From: Tubulanus polymorphus
Lineage: Eukaryota > Animalia > Nemertea
Assembly: GCF_964204645.1 (NCBI RefSeq)
Contig: NC_134027.1
Location: 2,450,485-2,514,484, forward strand
Length of the DNA stretch: 64,000 nt
Direction of reading: 5' to 3'
The translations under genes were made by a program, and so were the position numbers. Of this stretch, positions 52,601 to 64,000 are shown one piece after another (within the stretch, counting starts at the first letter, position 1; the number at the start of each line of letters is the position of its first letter). The notes under the pieces are model-generated. The model was not told where the DNA came from. It did not search any database and saw nothing but the letters and a program-made list of their open reading frames with translations.

Positions 52601-55341
52601 AGTAGATCGATCGTACCGTCCGGCTCCGGTAAAAACAAACTCGCGTTAATACACGAATCAAACAAGTTCGATCTGATTCGTTCGTCGGATGGTTGCGGAC
52701 AGTTCTCCGACAAATGAAACTCGTCTAGATGTTGATTTAACTGCGCGGCGCTAGCAAACCTCAAACTGCAGATCGCGCAACAATAGATAATGCGATGTTT
52801 TTGCATGTGATATTCCAGGTAACGACGTCTATGCGAGCTATAATCGCAAACCTCGCATTTATACATTGTTTGACGTACGGAGAGTTTGTGAACGAATAAA
52901 TGTCGATCGCGGTCGATTTTCTTTTTGAATTTACGATTGCAGACGTGACACTGGTGTAACACGGCGCCCGCCGAACTCGCAGTTTGTCTCGATAGAAACT
53001 GTTGTAAGTAATCGACGCCTCGTTGGTTCGAACCGTGATATTTACGTACGTGATTTATCAATGATTTCAGCGTACTGTAATCGTTTTGACAGATCTCGCA
53101 TCGATGTCGTTCGGCGTTGTGAATCGATTCGTGATCGATCACATGACTGCGATTCACCGATTTAAAATCGCACGATTTACAGCGGTAAAATTGTCCGGTG
53201 TGCTTCCGCATGTGTGTATAAAGATTCCCTAAAATATGAAATTTTTCAATTTCTTAAAGACTTAAGACATAAATTCAAGAAGTTCCGAGGAAATCAAGAT
53301 TGAAATTCCCCAATTTTTGAGTCCAGATAATATATCCTGGGGTCAGTAGCTCAAAACTTGGTTAAAGATAACTGGCAGATAAATACCATAGTAACAATGA
53401 ACTTTCAATGTCAACTCTAACCAACTTTTGAGCCACTGGACCCTGTGATCGCGAGAGAAATCCCACAATAACGAAGCCAAGATTGAAAAATTCTATATCA
53501 GAATGATTATATTTGAGGAGCAACGTTTCGCCTGTACGTCAGGCCTGTCACAGTACGCTCATGATGGCTAACAGTTGTTAGCCGAAACGTCGCTCCTCAA
53601 ATATAATTTTCAAATATAGAATTTTTCAATCTTGGCTTTGTTATTGTGGGATTTCTCTCGCGATCACAGGGGCCAGTGGCTCAAAAGTTGGTTAGAGTTG
53701 ACATTGAAAGGTATACGCTTACCTTTTGAGTTCGATGTATACGAACACTTGGTACATTTGAAGGGTTTCAGATCAGTGTGAGTTAAACAATGATGTCTGA
53801 TATGAGACAACGATTTAAACACTTTATTACACGTATTACACGAGTAAATCGTTAATTCCTGCGAACCTCGACTCGTTTGGACTGACGTCGTTTCATTCAA
53901 GTCTTGCTCGATCTTATGAACTCGAAACATGTGCTCGAAACTGCTGATTTCGACGTTTAAACTGTCGTCGAATCGACGTTTTTCGTCGTCGGTCGCGAAA
54001 GTCGGCGCTTCACTGACGCGAGGAATCACGGAATTCTCTAAAAGCGAAGCCGGGTCGTCCGGTATCGATTCTAAGCCATTGCTTAATTCGATCGTTACGG
54101 CTGGACTCGGTTCGACGTCGTGATGATTCTCTCCGATAGAATCTGCGTCGTCTTTTCGGTCGGTAGAGCCGCGATGAATCGGATATCGAGTACGTTTTTG
54201 TTTTTTCAGCGGTCGTTCACTTTTCAGACGAAAATCACCGTCTTCATCCTCGATTTCATCCACATTATCATTTTCCCCGGCGGACGCAGCAGCAGCAGCA
54301 GCAGCGGCAACAACACTGTCATTATCAGAATCACACATCGCTTCATCCACATAATCAATACCTGCTAAACACCTGTGCGTTTTAAAATGGCGTTCCTTCA
54401 AAAAACTCTTCTTGCATTTTCTGCAGCTGATTTTTCCATTTTCTACAATAAATATTTAATCAAAATGATCACAAGCATGAAAATTATTTTGAACGAGGGG
54501 AAAAATTTGTAAAATCTGTACCTAATATTAGGGGTAGTTGTTGTTCGGCTTGTTTTTGGATGACTGGAACAGAGGGCTTCGTATCAGAATCTTTCACTTT
54601 TCTAGGTCTTCCTCTTTTTCTGTTGGATACTTGAAAATAAAGATTTCGGGATTAGAAAACTATTTTATTATTTTCAACGGAAACTTTTGAATAAATTTGA
54701 CATTCAATAAAATTTACCAGCCGGTTTTGATATCAAAGAATTCATCTGTAAAGTTCCGACATTCTCTGATACATCCAGAATAAAGTTGCCGCCGCTATCA
54801 TTGATAAGAATTCCATGAATGCTCGCTAATGCACCTTCTGATATTTCATTGGGCAAACAACAAATCTGTTCGGCTTCTTCAGTTTCTACAAGGAGAGGGC
54901 ATTCACTGTATTAGGGATGCCATCAGCAGCACCGAGAAGATTTAAAATTAGAACAAGAGACCAGGGCAGGGGCCAGTTAGTTGCAGTCAAGGCTTAAGAT
55001 TTGAATCCAGTGACTGCAGTTAAGTGTTAGTGTAATTAAAACAGTGTTATGTGTTATGTAAGTAACATAATGGGCTGTGTTATGGGCAGGTTAGGTACAT
55101 ATCCATTAGGGACACTTGCTCCCTGGACTCTAGGCCTGTGCAGCAATCGCTTGTCAGCTGTTTGTTGTATTGTTAAACAGGTAATTGTGATTAGCCTACC
55201 GATTGAATTTGTTTGTTCCTTTGTCTGCTGGGTCTGAGGTGATTGAAAACAACCGATATTTTTGTGGTTAATGAACAGTTGTAGATCAGTGAATGATTCG
55301 TTGCAATCTCCACAAATATGCGTATCAAATCCCATTTTCAT
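49628..55341 (-). CDS. ZFAT: C2H2 zinc-finger and AT-hook protein, ZFAT-like
   Basis: Isolated N-terminal finger 'HICGDCNESF', AT-hook 'RKRGRPRK' (~54600) and the finger cluster 'YSCNTCNKVFK...KPFKCTKCSYTSNSKGNLYTHMRKHTGQFYRC', which follows the ZFAT pattern. Further fingers extend to ~50560, then a Q-rich tail and TAA at 49628. The start codon is approximate. Confidence 0.75.
51930..52149. mobile_element. 220-bp MITE copy 1 (PIF/Harbinger-like)
   Basis: TIRs GGCCAAAAAAAATTGATACCTTGTTTCTCCGC / GCGGAGAAACAAGGTATCATTTTTGTTTAGCC; 3-bp TSD ATA. Confidence 0.88.
53337..53445. mobile_element. MITE, same family as 46436-46572
   Basis: Termini GGGTCAGTAGCTCAAAACTTGGTTA / TAACCAACTTTTGAGCCACTGGACC. 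Confidence 0.75.
53402..53710. mobile_element. Long palindrome centred on degenerate HHR motifs, in a ZFAT-like intron
   Basis: Arms ~53402-53530 / 53583-53710; centre CTCATGA-T-GGCTAAC-agtt-GTTAGCC-GAAAC-GTC; tail TTATTGTGGGATTTCTCTC. Confidence 0.8.
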
Positions 55342-56599
55342 CTCCGAGACAGAATACTTGTCTTTTTTGACGTGTGTTACGCAGACTACAATGTGCAAGA
55401 GTCGAGAGTCTAATCCTGGCTGGCTGGTGAGTGGGCGCCGGCAGTAAACCTTTAGCAGTTTAGTAAACCTTTTTCAATCCATTCTGCATTCATGAAATAA
55501 CGCATTATAACGTGATTTTCAGAATGTTTAACACTACACCTACAGTTCCGTTCGGCGCTATTATCTGGCTCACTTTCAATTTCTTCGTACCCCCTCCCAA
55601 AAACTTTTACTCCTGCATATTATTAATCAGGGAGGTCTGGAGAATCAAAATAAATTACTTTTGACTAAAAAACCAACAAATTTTTAAAAAAATCAAAATT
55701 CTGATAATTTGGGACCGATTTCATCGGGTGTGACTTTATAGTTAAACCGGATTGATTTCATCGATTCAAATCGACGGGTCGGCCATGTTTCCGCACTAAT
55801 TACCACCTTAAAATATTTTATAGGCCCACCGATACCGTACGAAATATTCTAAATATTCTAAAATTTAAGAAAAAAAAACAGGTGGCGGCGGCTAAATTAG
55901 GAGGGGAGCTGTTGGTTGGGAATCAAAGAAATGTATTCTTATGGCCTTATTGAAGTACCGTCATGTTCATGTCAATTGTTCATAAAACACTGATTTATTA
56001 AGGCCCTAATCGAATATAGTTGAGCTTTTTCTTGATAATTGAGATGTCATTTGAATAGTTGACAGTTTGATAATGTTTAATGTTACTATTTAATAAAAAT
56101 GACTATTAAAATTTGAGAAAAGCTAAAAGTTATAATTTGATGTGAAAATAAAATGATGTAAAAATGTAAATCAGATTGATTACTTTATCCTACGCTTTCC
56201 AGTATTTGGCCAGGTTTATCTCTGTTTTTAGTGCGGGTGCCATGGACGATTGAGTCCATGGTTGGGCCATAAACTTTTTTTGTTTTAGAGTCTATGGTTG
56301 GACCATGGGCGTATAACTCTCATTTATTGTTTATATGGTGGTTGGATAATAGTTGTTTTTGAAAGTCCACTTGTTTGAGGAGCTTACATTATAATTCCAC
56401 GAGCACTCCTGGCATTTTGTATAATGAGAATAAATATGATTGATTTTGAAATTTGTTAAGTTTGATATAGCAACTCCTGGATAAAGGCCTAAATCGATTT
56501 AAGATAAACTGAATTAATGAAGAAATTATATCGATTTAAGTGTTAAACCTTTTTATGAAACTGGGCCGTGGGCATTGCTGTTGTCCAATCAGTTTCACC

Positions 56600-56709
56600 C
56601 AGGGATCCCAATGGAGTTGTAGGTAGTGTAAAAACGATAATCTGTTAATCCAGTGTCTGTTAATCAACAGGTTTTATATACTACCTACAACTCTGCTACG
56701 AGCCCCTGT
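56600..56709. mobile_element. Small MITE with CAGGG termini (hAT-like)
   Basis: CAGGG...GAGTTGTAGGTAGTGTAAAAAC / GTTTTATATACTACCTACAACTC...CCCTG. Confidence 0.55.
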
Positions 56710-56859
56710 GTTTTATTCTTGCAATGTACTTCTTTTTTTTTCAACCCAATAAATAATCCCACCAACTGGTCCGCTGGCAAACTTTTGCACGTTCGGAAGA
56801 CATGATTATGTGATTATATGATTCAATGGCAAAACCAATACGACTTTATTGCACATTAC

Positions 56860-57730
56860 ACTGGGCCTGTTGACAGTTGTTGATGGAAAAAGTCGCACGA
56901 TTCGAATTTTATATGAAATAATTTATTAAAACGAAACCACAACGTTTCGACTGTTGGCTGATGGCCATCATCAGGTGGAATGAACAGAAAACAGAAGTAA
57001 TGTATGTAGCATAGGCCTATAAACTTACAGGACATAAACAAAAGTGATGTGTCAGAATAAATGTAAACAGAACAAGTGACAGATGAAAACAACCAGGGGT
57101 ACCGTACCTTAGAAACCACAAAATTCTATGAACAGTTCAGGATGAATACAAATTATGTAACGGAGTGAAGTCGACCAGGGGGCCGAGTAGAAGAGGACGG
57201 AGAAGGCAGTGTGACACAAAGTGACATTAACCAAAATCTAGTAGAGAGTGTTGATATCTCTAGATAAACAATTGATTATGTGGCTGGAGGTGGTAGATAA
57301 GTTGGATTTCGAAAGTTTACAAATAAGGGCTGATTCCACTGTGTCTCTTATGGATGTCTTTACAAGGATAAATGAGTTTCGAATGTTCAAATACTTCTTG
57401 CCAGATAATTGAACAGTGAAGCAGTGTTCGATTCTGAAATGGGAAGCTGTTGGTTATTCCGTAATGATTGTATTATATATGGAATACGTTTTCTTGTTGC
57501 GACGAGTTTTTGGATTGCTAGAGATGGTCTTTGCTGAATTTCGGTAATGGTTTTAGTAAGAATCAGATTGTAACATGGATGTTTGAATTGTTGAAATGCT
57601 GTCCAGTATTCTAATAGATGTGTGTAGTAGCCTATAGAAGTTGTTTGCAATGATGTTTCAGAAGTTATGAATGATGGTTGAAAGATTCCAGCCTGGGCCA
57701 AGATGATTGGAATTATCTGATTTATCATCG
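56860..57730 (-). mobile_element. Decayed Penelope-like retroelement 3' fragment (post-RT region, GIY-YIG C-terminus, HHR-bearing 3' end)
   Basis: Frameshifted peptides 'AFQQFKHP...IPYIIQSL' and 'FEHSKLIYPCKDIHKR/TVESALI' resemble PLE C-terminal motifs. They are followed on the same strand by an HHR and AATAAA. Confidence 0.55.
56937..56978 (-). ncRNA. Minimal type-I hammerhead ribozyme motif
   Basis: CCAC-CTGATGA-T-GGC...GTC-GAAAC-GTT-GTGG, with a 4-bp stem I and a weakened stem II. Confidence 0.7.
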
Positions 57731-57835
57731 CAACATTGCTAAATTGAACGCAATGTGAAGAATTTCCCTAACGATACCAATAAACATCTTGCTTTTCAGA
57801 TAGTGACAATGAAACACGCTTGTTTTCAACAATAG

Positions 57836-59947
57836 TCATGTATTTAACATAAATGAAACTTGTTTATTTCCAGATTTATATTCTAAATGTGACACATAAA
57901 TTGATGTGAATTCATATTTAGCACCATCTTCAGATACTAGGAGTGCCTGCAAAATAATACACAAAACATGAATATTTCGCCCTCAACTGTAGACTTTTAT
58001 TTTCAATCCACACCCATTTCCATTGTTACCTTCAATTGCTGTAACCTTTCACACGTAAAATATCTTGAAAAATCACCAAGACACCAAGCAAAACTAAGAT
58101 GCAGTGAAGGCTCCTGAAGTCAAACAATGAAAAGTTGACAAGACGAAATCGGAATGGACAAATCTTTTTATATTTCTTACCTGATAAAATACTGGTAAAT
58201 GATATTCTTTCAGGACGTCATCTAAAGATGATATTATTTTGACCAGGTCATTGTGGCCATAACTAACTTTTAAACCAATGAATGTTCTGAAAATAATTTC
58301 CAATGTCGATTCATAAGATCAAAAGTCCATATTATAAAATAATCATTTCATCTATTTTATCGAAATCTTTGAATCAGTACCTTGTCTTTTCCTCATTCAC
58401 ATAGACATCTAGATCATCCAATAAACATGTAAACCTGTAAACAGTAAACAGACGTTCAATAGTACGAACAGCTCAGTGTGCAAACACAAATATCTTAAAA
58501 AGAAATTTACACTGAAAAAAACCCACAATAATGAAGAGAGAAGACTGATCGACTTAATTTCTATGAGCCTTTTTTAAAACAGAAAAGGAAAAATGTTCAC
58601 TACTCTCTTAGTTGTTCTGCATAGGCCTAAATGTCAGTTATTATCAAAACCAGTGTAAATTTCTTTCACCGTAAGGCCAAAAAAAATTGATACCTTGTTT
58701 CTCCGCTCTGCTGAGCTTAAATGTTGACCCGGCCGGCCGCCTATCTACCCTATACATAACTTTTTTTTAAATCGTGATCAATTTCACCATAACAGACCCG
58801 GCCGCTATAGAAATGAACTGTTTATAAATTTTATCATATTTTACAAAAATGACCCGGCCGCTGCGGAGAAACAAGGTATCATTTTTGTTTAGCCTAAATA
58901 TTTTAGTTTTTTGTTCATTTAAATCATATGTTGTCACTTGTTGTCGTTGGAAACTTACACTCGTATATTTGATAATGCTTCTCTTATGCTATTCATTAAT
59001 GGCGCAATAATGTGAAATCTGATTGGAAATGTTTTTGTAACGCTGATGTGCGGAGTTTCAATCAGATGAAAATCGGTTATATCAGACACCTGTTGTAAGG
59101 CTGTCCTCGCAAAATCTTCATAATCGCAATCAACTTCAACTACAAATTAGAAGAATTTTCAATCCATACAAGTAATTCAAATTGTAGTGTCCCTATTACT
59201 CTTCGATTTCTTAAAAGCTTCTTCTAGACAGAAAATGTTTTTAAAGGTGCTTGTAACTACTTCTTTAATTTCAGCAGATTCCCTGAAACTCCTTAAAAAC
59301 TCTTTCAATTTTGAGAAACGCTTAAATCAGTACAGTTGGTATTTTTTTCACTCAATTAGGCGGTTAGAAACCGACTTAAGTAGTGTAAAGGATAAAAACT
59401 TGCTTAGAAAACCACCAAATCAATAGTTTACTAAGATGAACAGTACCAATTTAGGAGGACTCTACTGTAATTGCGATGCAGACACTTCCTCAAAATTTGA
59501 AATTTTCTCCTTTAAAAAACTCCTTGAACCAGGAATGACAATCAAATTGTTGGCCCATATCTTACATGGAACATATACATAAGTTGCCCAATTTCCTCTC
59601 TCATGTTGAAATGTACGTTTCCTTCCTTTGTGGTTTTCACTATTGTCGTAATTTTGTCTCTCCGCAGATTCCTTGATTTCGGTTTCTCGATACATACATT
59701 TAACAGCAGCAGGTACCGACGGCAGCCTGTAATGCGAAAAAATGTGCTGTTGAAAAGTAAAAGATAAGTGCAATAAATAATGCTGATACATTGTCAAATG
59801 TACTATTCTTTACCTTTCATTTTCAGCAGAAGTTTGGTGAACTTCGCTCCGATGCTGAGAAAACGATTTGACTGATGGTTCACCATATTCATTCTCATCT
59901 TCAGCACCAGATGAATCTGAACTATAATCGACCAAACTTCTTTTCAT
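57836..59947 (-). CDS. USB1: U6 snRNA phosphodiesterase USB1 (2H family)
   Basis: 'MKRSLVDYSSD', 'HKGRKRTFQHERGNWATYVYVP', two HxS motifs ('PHISV', 'LHLSFAWC'), 'YVNEEKTRTFIGL' and 'KSGNK'; TGA at 57836. Confidence 0.95.
58675..58894. mobile_element. 220-bp MITE copy 2 (PIF/Harbinger-like)
   Basis: Nearly identical to 51930-52149; TSD TAA. Confidence 0.88.
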
Positions 59948-60799
59948 ATTTCTAAATGAGAAATGCCATGCTGACCTGTAAGATTCTGCTTGTTTCAAAA
60001 AAGTGCGGTATCTCGAATTTAAAACATTTCAAAATCCCAAAAGCATGCATGTTGTTATAAGAGACTTTTTCATCAAAAGCTTTTGTTTTAAGATTGGGAT
60101 TATTTGAATAGTATTGGTCGAAATGGTGCTACAATACATACGAGAGAGGGAGCAGCGAGGAATAACACACGTCACAGCCGAGTGAGCCAGAGAGAGTCAG
60201 ATCAGATTGAATAAATCGGAGCAGAGAGGATGTTGCCTACCCCTTTCAATAGCTCTATTCGATAGATTAGGATTCTAGAACCGCGTGATTAGTTACACAG
60301 ACATTATTATTCGGATTGTGGGTCTCTTTGAACCAGTTTAACTTGATTTTTAGGGATAAATTACCGTTGAAAGATTTTGAGGATCAACGACCTTCACCGG
60401 GGAGTGTCTTTGCTACCGTGAAGCGATAGCTTTGTCCTAATCGTCGAGCCATCCGCCACGAAACCGAGCTGATGAGCCAGCCATAAAGTGGCCGTCACAT
60501 GCAGTAATAGGTGTTGGCTCGACACTCAGAGGCGTCCATTCTGAGAAGTCTGTCTGATTGGACGTCCATCCTGAACAAGTGGCCGTCACATCCGCTGCCG
60601 GTGAAAAGATCCCAGATAAATGCCATCACAAATCTGTTTTTATAGACCAGGCCAAGTTAGTGAGCTGCTTAACTTAATGTGAGTTCAACTTATGTTTTAG
60701 GTTTTTGCTAAATGTGATGTTAAGATGCATGAACATTCAGATTGCAAAAACGCCCGGGCTTAATTCTTAAAAATTGTCATGATCAGGACAACCATTCAT

Positions 60800-60915
60800 G
60801 GTCTAACTGCAGTTTGGGTCACCTATCCACTGGGTGGCGCTAGTGTTATTAAAGAATAGTGTTATGGTAAGGTTAGGTGCATAACCATTAGGGACACCTA
60901 AACTGCAGTCATACC
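60800..60915. mobile_element. MITE-like inverted repeat containing a CTCF-like motif
   Basis: GGTCTAACTGCAGTTTGGGT / ACCTAAACTGCAGTCATACC termini; CCACTGGGTGGCGCT at 60827-60841. Confidence 0.55.
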
Positions 60916-61091
60916 GCCTAGCGGGTTAGAATTGGGTTCTTTCCAAATGTGATGTTCATTTGCCGACTTGATTGATTGAGGAACTGCATCGTTCATGGCT
61001 TTTGTAGGCTATTTATTTCGTTAAACAGTGTTAAGATCGCCAAAGCGGTCCATCACTTAATGTTACTGTTACTGTTATTTCAGTTCACAAT

Positions 61092-63102
61092 ATGGCGAAT
61101 GGTCCCGAATATAGATGGCAGAAACATGGCAGCATGCCAACAAAACGTGTATTCTCTTCAGCCGTTGAAATCGGTGATTGTTTCTACGTGATCGGTGGCT
61201 GTGATCACACCGGCGTTCCGATGAACTGTTGCGAGAAGTATGATTCCTCCACTAAAACGTGGACGACAGCTGCGAATATGCCGACGAGGCGTGCCGGTGC
61301 GGCCATCGCGGCCGTCAGAAATAAAGTGATCGTTATCGGTGGAGTCTGTACAAAACAACAGCCGTTATCAGAGGTCGAAGAGTTTGACGCGGAAACAAAA
61401 TCCTGGAAGTCTTTGACTCCGTTAAAAGAAAATCTACTCGGTGTTTCAGCCATATTGAAAGGTAAAATAGATTAATGTGTCATATAAATAGCCAGATGGC
61501 GAGCGCATCAATAGAACCTCTCGATCAAAATTGAGTTCATTTTCAATTAACTTTCATTTAGATGCCGCCTCAAAATGATGTTTCAGATAAACTCAGATCA
61601 ATTTAGACTTCAAAAATTGTGCAATTTTTTTTAGCTATAGTTAAATAGATTATGGAAGTAATTTTTTGAAAATTGAATCAGAAGAAATCTGGTGCATCAT
61701 ACATACTATCGCCACCTGGTGGATCCTTACATGCAGCAGCCGACTGTGGAATGCTCATGACTTTCATGGCATTGATTTATAATTAATTTCAGATGGTAAT
61801 ATTTTGTGTGTTGGAGGAATGGGCGTCGATACTTGTCCAAAAAATCATTTTCTGTGTTATCGAATTGAAGAGAATCTCTGGCAGGAGTTGCCGCCGATGC
61901 CAACTCCTCGTTACGCTACCGGCATATTCCTAGTCAATAATAAACTCTATGTTGTTGGTAAGTGATAAACTACAGTAGTGGATTTTTTCTAGATCTAGCA
62001 CAGTATCGGTCAGAATCGTGATTTCATTTTCCAGGTGGTCGAAGTGGAAAGACACCGATAGGAGCGTTTGAAATGTATAACTTTGATGATAAAAAGTGGC
62101 ATAAATTACCAGATTTACCGAGTCGCCGGGTATTTCCAATGTACATAGCATCCAGTACTCATCTATACAGCATCGGAGGCCTGAATGAAAATCCAACTAA
62201 CGGGTTTTCTGCCACCTGTGAATTATTCGATTTTGAAAAAGGTAAGCTGGTGATTTATTGATATTACTCAGGGTCCCTACAACTCCTTGAATCCTTGAAA
62301 ACTCCTTGATTTTTGAAAATATTTAGTAATACTTAAGTAATACTTGTTAACTTCATGGAACCTCGTAAGAACAAACTCGGACAACGATTCATCTAATATA
62401 AAAAACTAGGATTCTTCGAACTCTCGGTTATAAGGCTGAAATTTTCTGGTCCCTTTGAGTTCTCCATCTTATAACAAGCTTCCTTGGTTATTAGTATTAT
62501 TAGACATTGAGGAGATGGCTTTATCAGGGTGGCCACTGACCTTGAAAACCTGTTAATAATCCCTCATGCATCACTATGGGTGTACTCTTTTATCAGATCA
62601 GAGAATCTGTTTGCCTCCAATATCCGTGAAAATATCCGATCGTGAAACTAAACCACAGTCAGGTTACTGGCTAATTGATATCTATAGCAGAGGTAACATG
62701 TTGTAATATTTGGATTGCAGGAGAATGGACCATCGGTGCTTCTATGCCTACTAATAGGGGAGATGCTGCTATTGGATTTGTAAATGATAAAGTCGTAATT
62801 GCTGGTGGTTTAGGTGAGATATGTACTGAGATAGTATGAAATGATCGTAAAAACCATTCATTCCTTCAAACTTCCACTGATTTTCAACATTTTAACTTTA
62901 AACAGGTAATGCCGGTAAACCATTGGCAACAGTAGAAGCTTACGATATATCTACAGATTCGTGGTCTCAACTTCCCGATATGCCAAGTACTCATTGTTCG
63001 TGTTCATTTCTACAATATAAAAAGTGTCTTCACGTGATGGGAGGTTTATCTGTTAAAGGTCCCAGTGGATACATGGAATCATTACAACAGTGTTCGTCAT
63101 AA
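61092..63102 (+). CDS. KLHDC8: Kelch-only repeat protein, KLHDC8-like
   Basis: Kelch repeats begin immediately after the start ('WQKHGSMPTKRVFSS...YVIGGC') with no BTB domain. Exons 61092-61461, ~61793-61957, 62035-62241, ~62721-62813 and 62906-63102 (TAA). Confidence 0.82.
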
Positions 63103-63133
63103 AGTTCTATTTTTGCAACGATTATAATATACG

Positions 63134-63278
63134 CAGTAGACTCGGTTTACCTCGAATCTCGCGGGACAAGTTATAATCAGGTCTTTATCACGATGAATTG
63201 GAGTGAAATATTTGTAATACATTGTCGGGGCACGCAATAATCCGAAGTGAACGTCTCCAGAGTAAACCGAGTCTACCG
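63134..63278. mobile_element. Tigger/pogo-like MITE in the KLHDC8 3' region
   Basis: CAGTAGACTCGGTTTAC / GTAAACCGAGTCTACCG termini. Confidence 0.65.
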
Positions 63279-64000
63279 TATATTGAAATTATATAAATCT
63301 AAAGATACAATTATATTATACCATATTTAAGATTTTAATTAGTAAATCAATTGGTAGCATTGATCATAATGTATATGAATGTCTATATATTGAAATAGCG
63401 GAATTGTTCTTTTTTACATTCGATGTAATGATTTAAGATTTGAGTTTTGCTAAACATTTACATCTATTATAAATGTTTTCATTAATAGTCGCTGCTAACG
63501 TCTCTAATTATTGAAGTCATTGTCTTTAATCTAGTCTTCCTTTGTGACACTTAATGATAAGTAGATAGGTCTCAATTTGGGAGTAAGTCCACTCCAAAAG
63601 TCACTGACTTTGCTTTCTTACTTAGTTTTAACCTTTAATGCTTTTTATGATTTTTTTTTAAGATGATGTGTGAACAATAAAAATCAAATTATTCTTATTG
63701 AAATAAATTCGTTTCTTTTTCGCTTTTGTGACCATACTTTTGCATTAATTGTCTGCTGACTATATGATTACTGCACGGCTTGAAATGAGCATAGTTAATA
63801 CGGATTGGTTACAGGAGACATCTCCCCTAAGGCTTAGTTGATACCCAAATTGTATCCCCTATTGCACTGCTTTTATTCTTAGATTTCGTATTTGAAAATT
63901 TTTTATTTGTTATATTTGACTTTTTAATTTACTGCATACAGGCTAAAAAGTACTTGAAGTTATATATCGTAGGTTCGTTTCGGTAATTAGTATGAATAGT

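Noticed and set aside
60480-60595. Short direct repeats (AAGTGGCCGTCACAT; CGTCCAT.CTGA) considered as CRISPR-like
   Set aside because: Only two copies of each in a eukaryotic intergenic/5' region, with no array periodicity or cas genes.

Overview
Intron-rich, AT-rich animal genomic DNA, probably from an invertebrate bilaterian (inferred from short GT-AG introns and the gene set; no species assigned). Ten spliced protein-coding genes can be traced: a CUB/LDLa type-I membrane protein, WRNIP1, TMEM43, an uncharacterised multi-TM protein, junctophilin, RXYLT1/TMEM5, CFAP418/C8orf37, a ZFAT-like zinc-finger gene, USB1 and KLHDC8. Most short ORFs in the supplied track are spurious. The most striking non-coding signal is a set of minimal type-I hammerhead-ribozyme (HHR) motifs with the layout CTGAnGA-T-stem II-GAAAC-GTH. 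Several sit at the centre of long intronic palindromes (24199-24385 with a 15-bp target-site duplication; 44411-44594 with an intact HHR on each strand; 53402-53710). One HHR (56937-56978) lies directly 3' of a decayed Penelope-like retroelement ORF, which points to a Penelope-derived origin. Other observations are an apparent 1-nt frameshift in junctophilin exon 3, a very short ZFAT-to-CFAP418 spacer, several MITE families and long CT-rich tracts. All calls come from reading the sequence and from family knowledge; no searches or folding were run.
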